A stretch of 64,000 nucleotides of DNA, taken from positions 32,001-96,000 of the IMG/VR virus record IMGVR_UViG_3300033146_005596; one strand, 5' to 3'. The notes beneath the pieces were generated by a model. The model had not been told where the DNA came from, made no database searches, and saw nothing but the letters and a program-made list of their open reading frames with translations. Origin of the DNA: a virus. A program made the translations under genes and the position numbers. Positions 51,151 through 59,458 of the stretch are shown here, piece by piece (the stretch's first letter is position 1; every line of letters starts with the position of its first letter).

Positions 51151-51525
51151 TTATTAAATACAAACTTTATTTAATAACTTATTTTTAAATGAGACCAGAA
51201 TTAATTCTGGATTTGCACCGGAGAAATCTCCGGATTTGTCATTGCTAGAACTAATACATAGGCCAGGTTTGGAAATGAGCCTCTTTTGAGACTGCCTAAA
51301 TAAAAGCAATAACTCCTGTTAAAAATTATTTTTAAAAAGTCTCTTTCTGCAATAGCAGGACTTGTAGAAAGTGTATTTGCTATCACTTTCTTAACTCATT
51401 AAAAATCCAATGATTTTTGTCCGACGCATTTTTTTTGCTCTATTTCCTCTTTCACAGCCTTCATACTTTATCTCCTTTTTATTTTGTAAATCATCTATCT
51501 ACTATATTGCAGACCTTTCTTTAGA

Positions 51526-51599
51526 TGCTACTTATCTAGAATTGCACTAGACTTTACTAGGTTTATTCCTAGCAGCTTTACTTCATAAGCGAAAGTAGC
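51526..51599 (-). ncRNA. tRNA-like RNA with non-canonical 6-nt anticodon loop
   Basis: GCUACUU/AAGUAGC-A acceptor, GCUU/AAGC D-stem, CUAGG-AAUAAA-CCUAG arm, UCUAG-UGCAAUU-CUAGA T-arm. Confidence 0.6.
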
Positions 51600-51760
51600 T
51601 CAAAGGGGTTTTATTTAAGTGAGTACCTAACTCTCACTCTCCGGTACAACGCTTAGCTGGCAACTATAGCATAGGAGTCTTGGTACCAACTAGGCAGCTC
51701 ATACAGGAGTTTTCAAGAAGTTTTTGATAGCTTGTTCAACAATCAATTATACTTCATTTC

Positions 51761-51832
51761 TAGCAGTGGCTGGAATTGCACCAACATGCACTAGGTTATG
51801 AGCCTAGCCGCTTTCTAATCGCTCACACTGCG
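51761..51832 (-). tRNA. tRNA-Met(CAT), initiator-like 1:72 mismatch
   Basis: CUAGG-CUCAUAA-CCUAG anticodon arm; GUUGG-UGCAAUU-CCAGC T-arm; CGCAGUG/CACUGCU acceptor. Confidence 0.8.
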
Positions 51833-51833
51833 A

Positions 51834-51906
51834 CGGAAAATCTTGGGTTCGAACCAAGGACCTACGACTTTACAGACCGTTGCTCTACCAACTGAGCTAA
51901 TTTTCC
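51834..51906 (-). tRNA. tRNA with GTA (Tyr) anticodon, short variable loop
   Basis: GGAAAAU/AUUUUCC acceptor, GCUC/GAGC D-stem, ACGGU-CUGUAAA-GUCGU, CUUGG-UUCGAAC-CCAAG. Confidence 0.8.
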
Positions 51907-51910
51907 AGGA

Positions 51911-51981
51911 CGGAAAATCTTGGGTTCGAACCAAGGACCTACGAGGTAACAGCGTTGCTCTACCAACTGAGCTAATTTTCC
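51911..51981 (-). tRNA. duplicate tRNA body with remodelled, shortened anticodon arm (atypical or pseudo tRNA)
   Basis: identical to 51834..51906 except the anticodon arm ACG-CUGUUACCU-CGU. Confidence 0.65.
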
Positions 51982-52007
51982 AGTAATTTGCATTCTAAAT
52001 GCTAATT

Positions 52008-52080
52008 TAGTTCCTAAGAGATTCGAACTCTTGTTATCAGATTGAAGGCCTGATGTCCTAACCAATTAGACGAAGGAACC
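52008..52080 (-). tRNA. tRNA-Glu(TTC), C at position 33
   Basis: GGUUCCU/AGGAACU acceptor, Glu-type GUCUA..GGUUAGGAC D-arm, UCAGG-CCUUCAA-UCUGA, AAGAG-UUCGAAU-CUCUU. Confidence 0.8.
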
Positions 52081-52163
52081 AAGTCATGAGCCTTGTTACT
52101 AACTCATACTTATAATAGCTAACAAACTTGCTCGCTCTGAATACTTCAGCCAGCTAAAGTTAA

Positions 52164-52236
52164 GTAAGACGACTCAGATTCGAACTGAGGAACTCCTGTT
52201 CCCAAATGGACCACTTGTGCAACCCAACCCGTCTTA
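52164..52236 (-). pseudogene. degenerate tRNA-Pro(TGG)-like sequence
   Basis: intact acceptor UAAGACG/CGUCUUA and T-arm CUCAG-UUCGAAU-CUGAG; UUUGGGA loop but unpaired anticodon and D stems. Confidence 0.55.
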
Positions 52237-52281
52237 TGCTATTTAATTAGTGCTTTGAGGTTTTATACTCAAAACTAATTA

Positions 52282-52352
52282 TAGGGCCTAGAAAATTTGA
52301 ATTCCTACTATCTCCGTCAAAGGGAGATGTGCTACCATTACACTAAAGCCCT
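52282..52352 (-). tRNA. tRNA-Gln(TTG)
   Basis: AGGGCUU/AGGCCCU acceptor, GUGU/GCAC D-stem, UCUCC-CUUUGAC-GGAGA. Confidence 0.8.
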
Positions 52353-52359
52353 GCATCAA

Positions 52360-52620
52360 CTATCTACAAGTTGCGTTGAAAATTAGACTAACAACTACAA
52401 TAATTGTAAAAATAAAAACAATGGTATATACCCCAACAAAAGCTAGAGTACCAAAAGCTAGCGGACCGCACTCTACAAAGTCATTTACTCTTTCAAGTAT
52501 AAGTCCTATGATTCCCCCAATAATCCCTAAGATTACTGGTAGGTAACAAACAACAAATACTCCAATAGCCTTTCCTACCTTTTTATTATGCACACTATCA
52601 TAACTCTTAGTTGCTACCAT
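52360..52620 (-). CDS. small membrane protein
   Basis: two TM segments; class A promoter at 52640-52668. Confidence 0.55.
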   Translation of the reverse strand: MVATKSYDSVHNKKVGKAIGVFVVCYLPVILGIIGGIIGLILERVNDFVECGPLAFGTLAFVGVYTIVFIFTIIVVVSLIFNATCR

Positions 52621-52654
52621 AATTCCTCCTTACACATATAATATAACGGACTTT

Positions 52655-52933
52655 TTATTTCCTGTGTAACTTTTTATTTTTTATTATAAAATAAATTACT
52701 TGGCCTACAACACAAAATCCATATATCATAGTATAAGATATTAAAAATACTATAGCAAATAGTCCTATAGAAATACCTCCAAATACCATGGTACCAAGAA
52801 AATAGTCTACAAAAAATATTACATTTATAAGTACTACTGATAACATAAAACCCAAAGTCATTGGTAAAGTACTAACCCAAAACATTGGATATTTAGTTTT
52901 ATACACTTCTAGCCTCCAGTCTTTTCTTATCAT
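52655..52933 (-). CDS. small membrane protein
   Basis: two TM segments. Confidence 0.5.
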   Translation of the reverse strand: MIRKDWRLEVYKTKYPMFWVSTLPMTLGFMLSVVLINVIFFVDYFLGTMVFGGISIGLFAIVFLISYTMIYGFCVVGQVIYFIIKNKKLHRK

Positions 52934-53282
52934 CTAACAATTGTTTAGAAAGCTTCATAGCTTTGTCCATATCATAAGATAACAACGCAAATAATATTGC
53001 TCTTCTTTCTGGGCTCAAGCTATCTTTGTTAAGCTCATAGAAATCTTCAGCAGAAACCTGTGTTTGATTTTCATCATAGTATTTTCTAAACTCACAGTAA
53101 TGTACAATCTTTTCAAGGTCCAGCATATCTTGACCGGGCTTCTTTCTCAAAATATATTTGATAGCTGACGCAGTACAAAAGTCCATGTTATGGATTAGCT
53201 CAATAGGCTGTACTCCTGCATTGTCCTGATGCTTTTTATAATGGTTTCCACCGGGCTGATAATCTAACGGATTTTTACTCAT
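52899..53282 (-). CDS. DUF3310 family protein (T7 gp1.7-like nucleotide kinase)
   Basis: Q.GGNHYK...VQPIE...MDFC...AIKYILR.K.G...DLEK..HY. Confidence 0.75.
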   Translation of the reverse strand: MSKNPLDYQPGGNHYKKHQDNAGVQPIELIHNMDFCTASAIKYILRKKPGQDMLDLEKIVHYCEFRKYYDENQTQVSAEDFYELNKDSLSPERRAILFALLSYDMDKAMKLSKQLLDDKKRLEARSV

Positions 53283-53345
53283 TTGTTTTATTCTCCTTAT
53301 GTTATTATAATAAGGAGATTTTAATAGTTTTTAATTATTAAAATA

Positions 53346-53381
53346 AAAAAAAATCCACTCAATACTAAGACGAGTGGATTT
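53346..53381 (-). terminator. intrinsic terminator
   Basis: AAATCCACTC...GAGTGGATTT with A-tract (U-tail on - strand). Confidence 0.7.
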
Positions 53382-53401
53382 GAGCAGTTAATAAACTGGG
53401 T

Positions 53402-54010
53402 TTAATCCTCCCAAAGTTTCTGGTAGGTATAACAAGTTGTTGCATTAAAGTTGATACTACCTGCTGAGGTAGAAAACTCCATGTCGTACTCTTCTCCATT
53501 AAGCTCAAAAGTGATATATAATTCAGCCGCACTAATATCTATGTAGTTTTCAGGAGTTAAATCTGAATGAATAAAGCCTTCTCCATACATAGTGGGGTCT
53601 ACTGAGTTGACATCAGCTAAGTATAATGTATTTCTAACTTCTTCTTCAAAGTCTTCAACCTTACCACTAGCCTCATCAATAAGCCAATACATAGCTGGGC
53701 TATTCATTGCATCTTTTAACAACTGGTCTTGGTCAAAAGTTAAAGTTCCTTTTACCTCCTCATCAGTTTGAACGTCACTGGTTGACATTACAGCGTAGTA
53801 GGATTCAAATATAACTTCCCCTGTAATATTAAACTCAAAATCACTTTGCTGAGACTGGGTAAACTCTGCATTGTTCAGACTAATACTTACACCAGAACCA
53901 CTGCCTTCTTGGACTCTAGCTTTACTTTTAACAGAAATGAAATCTCCAGACTCCACTATAATATTAGTCCCCGGAATTCTAAATTCATTTCTTGCTTGTA
54001 TTCTGTTCAT
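53402..54010 (-). CDS. acidic hypothetical protein with N-terminal FRIPGTN motif
   Basis: N-terminus shared with ORF 5774..6292; ACTTATTA motif upstream. Confidence 0.6.
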   Translation of the reverse strand: MNRIQARNEFRIPGTNIIVESGDFISVKSKARVQEGSGSGVSISLNNAEFTQSQQSDFEFNITGEVIFESYYAVMSTSDVQTDEEVKGTLTFDQDQLLKDAMNSPAMYWLIDEASGKVEDFEEEVRNTLYLADVNSVDPTMYGEGFIHSDLTPENYIDISAAELYITFELNGEEYDMEFSTSAGSINFNATTCYTYQKLWED

Positions 54011-54066
54011 AATTAAAATGTTTCTCCTTTGTTAATTATATAATAAGTACCATCAAAAAAAAACAG

Positions 54067-55434
54067 TTAAAAAGTTAAGCCCAAATTTTTTAATGATTTA
54101 TTCAAGTCTTCTTTTCTCTGTTTTTCAGAGACTACGATTCTATCTGGGTTCCAGACTTCAGTTGGGCCATAAGGAAAAACTTGATTCAATAGCTCTAGTA
54201 CTGCTGTTGTTGCATCTGAAACGTCCTTTGCATTTATGCCACATCTTTCTTTTTCCCAAGCGTTCTCTCCACCTCCATACGACATAGTTGGGCCACTTGA
54301 GTGGTCAATTTTAGTAGTTCCTGTTCTTTTTCTTTTTGCATATTCCAGAGTCTTTAGCTCGTTTTTAAAATAGCAATTCCTTCCTGATTTAACACGGCCA
54401 GTTGTTATATAAGATAATAAATTGAGGTACGGTCCTACTTCTTTATCTACTGATAACTTTCTTGTATCTATCTCAATAGAGTTCAAATACTGTATCAGAC
54501 TTTCTGACTGGAAATTATCAAAACTTACTGCTTCCAAGTGTATATTGCCCAAATGTACAAGGTCTTTTATAAAGAATTTAATAGCATCTAGTGATATTCT
54601 ACCACCAAGCGGGGATACAACAATTTGCATATCAACAACAAATATTGGCTCATTTTTTATACGGTCTAACTCTAAATGGCCCATTGCTAATCCAAGATTA
54701 TCGCCAGTTAATGCTAAGTCAACTGCTAAGCACCTAGGAATATGAGGCTTGTAATAAAAGCTATATCGTGCTAGATTATACTCAAAGAATATATCTTTAA
54801 TCTGGTCCCAAATACAATGAGTTGGGTCTTCTTTAACACTAGCAAATATATGTCCTTCTATACTCCTAAACTCCGTCATAAAAATGTTATCAATTAGTCT
54901 ATGGTCCATTATAAACCTTGATTTTTGTCCAGAGGGGATTCCAGATATATCTTTAAGTGACTTCAACAAGTCATCTATATAATATTGCTTTTTCTCTTTT
55001 GGTACCCACTCCAAATCAGTTGGGCTGTACTGGTCAACTTCGTGCTCTGGTACAATCTGAGGCGGCCGCCCTTTTCCGCCTTTAAAAACAGGAAATCTAT
55101 CATCTGGATTTTCATAGTCCTCTGGGCGCCAGTCATACTCAGCACCTTTAATAATTAAGTTCTTAGGATTTTTATGGGCTTCTTGCAGGATATATTTATC
55201 AATTGGACTTTCAATATCATTAGGTGAAGAATCCAAAATAGTACGGCCCCAGTAATTACCTCTAAGTCTTGACTCAATTCTTCCTTTAGCATCATTGTAT
55301 AACCGCATAACAAACTCAGGGCTATTATGAGTTATTATGTTATCATTTACAATAAATAAGCCATCATCAGCCCCTACAGTTATACACCTTTGTGGTTTTT
55401 TTCCGACTTTTTTTATACTTACTATTTTAGGCAT
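54067..55434 (-). CDS. terL: terminase large subunit, C-terminal half, led by a 37-aa C-intein
   Basis: MPKIVSIKKVG...CITV...GLFIV..NIITHN|S intein C fragment; ILDSSPN motif III; AVDLALTGD, SFDNFQS and KDVSDA RNase H-type nuclease motifs. Confidence 0.88.
   Translation of the reverse strand: MPKIVSIKKVGKKPQRCITVGADDGLFIVNDNIITHNSPEFVMRLYNDAKGRIESRLRGNYWGRTILDSSPNDIESPIDKYILQEAHKNPKNLIIKGAEYDWRPEDYENPDDRFPVFKGGKGRPPQIVPEHEVDQYSPTDLEWVPKEKKQYYIDDLLKSLKDISGIPSGQKSRFIMDHRLIDNIFMTEFRSIEGHIFASVKEDPTHCIWDQIKDIFFEYNLARYSFYYKPHIPRCLAVDLALTGDNLGLAMGHLELDRIKNEPIFVVDMQIVVSPLGGRISLDAIKFFIKDLVHLGNIHLEAVSFDNFQSESLIQYLNSIEIDTRKLSVDKEVGPYLNLLSYITTGRVKSGRNCYFKNELKTLEYAKRKRTGTTKIDHSSGPTMSYGGGENAWEKERCGINAKDVSDATTAVLELLNQVFPYGPTEVWNPDRIVVSEKQRKEDLNKSLKNLGLTF
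55324..55434 (-). mobile_element. split intein C fragment (class 3)
   Basis: block F with Cys (RCITV), block G ITHN followed by Ser. Confidence 0.88.
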
Positions 55435-57322
55435 CTTGTCTCTCCTTTACAAAAACTTTCATACCACAATCAAATATTCTGTTATAATTATTTGCAATCA
55501 TGTTTTCAACTTCTGTTTTTGACTCATCAAAATTAAATCCCTCTATATTTTTTAATTTATGCTTCTGAAATTGCTGCCTTGATTTTAGAATAAGAGAATC
55601 TTTAAAATAGTAATAATTTGGTGAGCTTATTCTTTCTAAGGAAAATCCTAGTTTTTCATAGCTGGTACCACCAAACCATCTATAATCACAATAAGATATT
55701 ATATTTCCTTTATACCTATTTTCAAAATGTTTTAATAACTTTGCTTTTCCACCTAAAACATGAACTCCCTGTTTTTCACAAAACCTAAGCAATTCATAGT
55801 TATACTTTTTATTAAACCTTGATTTTCCAAAGGACATTACACTAACAAGTTCAGTTCCTTGGTATAGCCCTAGTTTTATAGACGCAGCGATATATCCTTG
55901 TAAATGATTTTCTTCTAAAAATAGTTTATATTCTTTATTTCCTACTTCCCTAATATCAGTCTTCCTTCCTCCTATTTTTTTTGATTTTCCAAGCAAGCTA
56001 GAAAGGGTTGCTAAAACTAATTTTTTATTATTTATATACTCATTTTCCCATATATGTATAATTCTAATTCCTTTTTTTTCTGCAAGTTTAGTCTTGTCTA
56101 TATGATACTTTTTTCCTTTCATTAGCTCAGAATGCCAATAAATACCATCATACTCTATTCCTAAATTAAGTTCTGGAATAAAAATGTCTATTTCCTTACC
56201 ATCTAAATATTTACGGCTGTTTAATACAGTTTTATACCCTAGAGCTTTTATATAACTGTTTATTTCAATCTCTGCTCTCGAAGCATGCTTTTGAATAGGA
56301 AAGCATTTTTGACATTGAGCTTTGTGTATATGACTAGGTGGGTAGATTAAAGGTGTTATCTCACCACACTTAGTACATTCAGTAAAAAAAGTATCATCTT
56401 TATAGATAAACTTTAAAGAGTATTTTGAAAAATCAAGATTTTTGAACTTCTCTAAATTTTCTAAATGATGCCTCTTTTGTCTCTTCATTTTTATTGTGTC
56501 TGTACTCCATAGGGCTTTATAGCCTCCATACTTTTTATCCACAGTTGCTTTAGCTTTATCTCCAGCTCCCTTTAACTGATGAGGGTTTATAACCCCGTAC
56601 CTTTCTTTTAATGTTTCCTGATAATGCCTCAAGCCCTCTTCTGACTGCATAAAATGTTCTGTACCATACTTTTTAAGAAAAGTATCTCTTGACTTCAAGT
56701 TACGTTTTTTATAAAAATCAGGTTTAGATTCTATTGTCTTTTTAGCTTTAGTTTTAACTACCTCTGATTGAGTTGCATACTCAGTCCCATACTTCTTTAA
56801 GTTTGTTTCTCTACTTTTTTTCTTAAACCTTTCAAGTTGAAGAGCACTCTCTACGCCATATTTTTCAAGCATAGTCTTTTTTTGATTTATTAAAACATAG
56901 CTATAGTAATCTTCCATTGTTCCATATTTTTCTACTATAGTAGCTCGTCTTTTAGCTTCACGTTTTTCAAACCATAAAGGGTCTTTATTTATTGTTATTT
57001 TACTTTTTATATCTCTTTGATTTTTCCAGTTTTCCATAGTACCATAGTGTTCTAGAATAGTTTTTTTCCATATTTCTTTTCTATCTTTTCCCCAGTCTGG
57101 ATTATTTTTAATAGTCTTATTCCTTTTCAGTTGCTTTTGCTTTTCAGCTTCTTCTAAAGACCCATATTTTTCGAGCCTTGCTTTCTTAGCTCTATCCATA
57201 ACTATTTTAGAACAGGAAGTACACCTAGCATTAGACAACCTTTTGTAATCAGTATAGGACTCAAAAGGTTTTTTACACATACCACAAATAACAGTTCTTG
57301 ATTCTTTTAGTTTCTTACTCAT
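55427..57322 (-). mobile_element. free-standing homing endonuclease (Hef/Vsr-like PD-(D/E)XK)
   Basis: zinc fingers, many KYG helical repeats, EIDIFIPELNLGIEYDGIYWH...IIHIWENE nuclease core, C-terminal FLEENHLQG...ELLRFC...ISYCD.RW domain; sits between the split intein halves. Confidence 0.8.
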
Positions 57323-57370
57323 ATATAATTAGTTCACTTACATTTTTAGGTATAAACTTGACGACTAAGA

Positions 57371-58930
57371 CTATGAGAGCTCTGGAATACTGAAACTATA
57401 CGTGTCCATGTTTTCTAAAATAAACCTAGTTGTTTTTACTTCTTGTAGACTTTTTCCATTTTTAGTATAATTAACAAGCCATAAATGTTCTAAGTTACAT
57501 TCAACTTTTTTTCCATTATCAAAAGTTATTTCATAGGCATCGTCAGTTCCCTCATAGGGTATACCTACTACAGGTGTAGTACCTAAAAAAGGATGAGTTA
57601 TAGTATCCCCAAGTTTCAAGGCCCCTATTGGGACTTTGCCTTGTGGAGTTTCAACCAAAGTCTCAAGAACCAGAGCTTTTCCTGCATCAAGGAAAAAGCT
57701 GATTTCACTGAGTACAATGCTGGCAAAGTTTATTCCTAATAATTTGCTAGGGTTAGTGACTATTTTTATATTAGCACCATTAGAGAAAGATAGCGCTGAG
57801 GAAGGAGCAGCTGTTGTCCAGTAAATTCTATTATCTCCTTTAGTGCCTTTATCATTTTTCCATTCAAAATCAAGTTTTCTCATTTTGTCCGCTGTCCGTA
57901 CCCTTTCAAAATATGGTGACTGCGCTAAAATATTAAGGAACGGCTCTAGTAATAGCTCTGAGGTTTTTTCAATGGAGTATGAAATAAAACCTTGTGCAAT
58001 TATTGAAGCTGGTGATAAACCAAAATATTCTTTTGAATCTCGCATTAAAGATAAATGGGTAGTTATGTACAAAGTTATTAGGGTAGAAAGATATGAATTA
58101 TGAGTTATTATATTATTTTCTAATACATATAGCCCCTCTTCTGAGTCAAGTGTGATACATTTTTGTTCTACAGGCGGAAGCTTTTTAATTCCTTTTAGTT
58201 TTACTTTACCCTTATAGTCTCCATTTTCTTGACCTATATCTGATGGAAATAAATAATGCAAATCTGGATTTTCAAGTATAAACTTAGTTTCTACATTTTC
58301 CCATGCTCTATAGCTATAAGACACTCTCCAGATGTGGTTAAGCCCACACTGTGCTGTTCTACTATCAGCAAACTCGAGTTCATATACATCTTTTTTACCT
58401 TGAGGGTGTTCAGCAATTACTTTAGCTGTACCTCCATTTGGGGTTACAACTGTATCTCCTACAGTTAATTCACCCATTGTTTTTATTCCTGTTGGTATTT
58501 TAATTCTAGTATCTACTGGTTGTTCTTTACCAAAGCCTATGTGGGGATATAAAATTAAGTCCCTATACTCTGCACTATTGCTAAAAAATAGCTTAAATAT
58601 ATCTTTTATTCTTGGGTATGTACTCAAGATAGCTCTTCCTAAGTACTTCTCAGTTAAAAACTCCTCAGGTGTTGGTGGTTTACTTGTATATAGTATCTTC
58701 CAGCTATTCTGTACCAAATACGATTTCTGTACTTCATTCAATTCAGGGTTATTTAATAGGTAGTCTAGTGCTAATTGTACCTTCTCATTATTACCGTTTA
58801 ATTTTTCTATAAAAGTAGGGTGCTCAGCAGCTTGTGCATCTCCCATTATTACATCAGTTAATAAGGAGGATAGCTCGTTCAATTCTTTCATTGAGTAAAT
58901 TGTATTATTTTTTATATTTAAATCAACCAT
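57371..58930 (-). CDS. terL: terminase large subunit, N-terminal half, with a contiguous mini-intein and an N-intein
   Basis: PTPEEFL...YLG, Walker A IGFGK|S interrupted by an intein, IVLSEISFF Walker B, then AGK|ALVLET N-intein ending at the stop. Confidence 0.88.
   Translation of the reverse strand: MVDLNIKNNTIYSMKELNELSSLLTDVIMGDAQAAEHPTFIEKLNGNNEKVQLALDYLLNNPELNEVQKSYLVQNSWKILYTSKPPTPEEFLTEKYLGRAILSTYPRIKDIFKLFFSNSAEYRDLILYPHIGFGKEQPVDTRIKIPTGIKTMGELTVGDTVVTPNGGTAKVIAEHPQGKKDVYELEFADSRTAQCGLNHIWRVSYSYRAWENVETKFILENPDLHYLFPSDIGQENGDYKGKVKLKGIKKLPPVEQKCITLDSEEGLYVLENNIITHNSYLSTLITLYITTHLSLMRDSKEYFGLSPASIIAQGFISYSIEKTSELLLEPFLNILAQSPYFERVRTADKMRKLDFEWKNDKGTKGDNRIYWTTAAPSSALSFSNGANIKIVTNPSKLLGINFASIVLSEISFFLDAGKALVLETLVETPQGKVPIGALKLGDTITHPFLGTTPVVGIPYEGTDDAYEITFDNGKKVECNLEHLWLVNYTKNGKSLQEVKTTRFILENMDTYSFSIPELS
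57374..57676 (-). mobile_element. split intein N fragment (101 aa, Ala1, class 3)
   Basis: block A ALVLETLVETPQG, IGALKLGD, YEITFDNG, block B CNLEHLW; no C-terminal HN. Confidence 0.88.
58097..58525 (-). mobile_element. contiguous class-3 mini-intein (143 aa) in the Walker A motif
   Basis: GK|EQPVDTRIKIPTG...MGELTVGD...CGLNHIW...QKCITL...GLYV...ITHN|S. Confidence 0.9.
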
Positions 58931-58984
58931 ATACTAATAAGTTCTTGTTGGTACCGGGCTTAAACTGGTACCAACTTATTAAAC

Positions 58985-59458
58985 ATGAAAGAAGCTGAAG
59001 TTAATAACATTATTAGAAAGAGTTTAGACTGGGGTTATAAAATTCCAGATGATGGAAGTTCAATGTCAATGGGTATAAAAAGACCTTTTGATGTATTTGG
59101 TATTATAGACGGGAGACCTATCTATATAGAATCCAAAGCTATGAATAAAATGCAGAGTTTTAATCTTGGTAAAATACGAGACCACCAAATAAAAAGCCTA
59201 GTGGATATTAAGAAATTAAATCCAGATGCAATTTGTGGTATAGCTCTATCAGTTAATTGTGGACGTGCAAAGCATAGACTCTATCTTTGGACTGATGTTG
59301 AAGAAATTGCAAGACGTCGAGATAATAAAGAAAACTTTAAAAAAACTGAATTAGAAACTCTGGAAAACTATGTACTACGCAAAAAAACCACCTGCATAAA
59401 TGGAGATGGTTACACAGTTAGCTGTCATAAATATGACATCAAAAGCTTAATTAGCTAA
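58985..59458 (+). CDS. RecU-like Holliday junction resolvase
   Basis: E....KIPD...RPFD...IYIESK...IRDHQI.SL. Confidence 0.75.
   Translation: MKEAEVNNIIRKSLDWGYKIPDDGSSMSMGIKRPFDVFGIIDGRPIYIESKAMNKMQSFNLGKIRDHQIKSLVDIKKLNPDAICGIALSVNCGRAKHRLYLWTDVEEIARRRDNKENFKKTELETLENYVLRKKTTCINGDGYTVSCHKYDIKSLIS

Noticed and set aside
51834-51981. CRISPR-like repeat-spacer-repeat appearance
   Set aside because: The repeats are two tRNA bodies; the variable parts are only 9-11 nt and no cas genes are present
51201-52065. Short ORFs 51201..51386 and 51862..52065
   Set aside because: They overlap tRNA or structured RNA sequence, lack a clear RBS and are likely spurious
52008-52080. Possible UCA (opal suppressor) tRNA implying stop-codon recoding
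   Set aside because: Stem register places UUC at 34-36 in a Glu-type body; genes read intact in the standard code and TGA/TAG serve as normal stops
55434-57371. Group I intron interrupting terL
   Set aside because: No room for a ribozyme core (48-bp gap on one side, overlap on the other); split-intein motifs fully explain the break
112-58763. Numerous antisense or nested ORFs inside long genes
   Set aside because: Shadows of the coding strand with no RBS or motifs; only the 33916/33960 overlap has independent support
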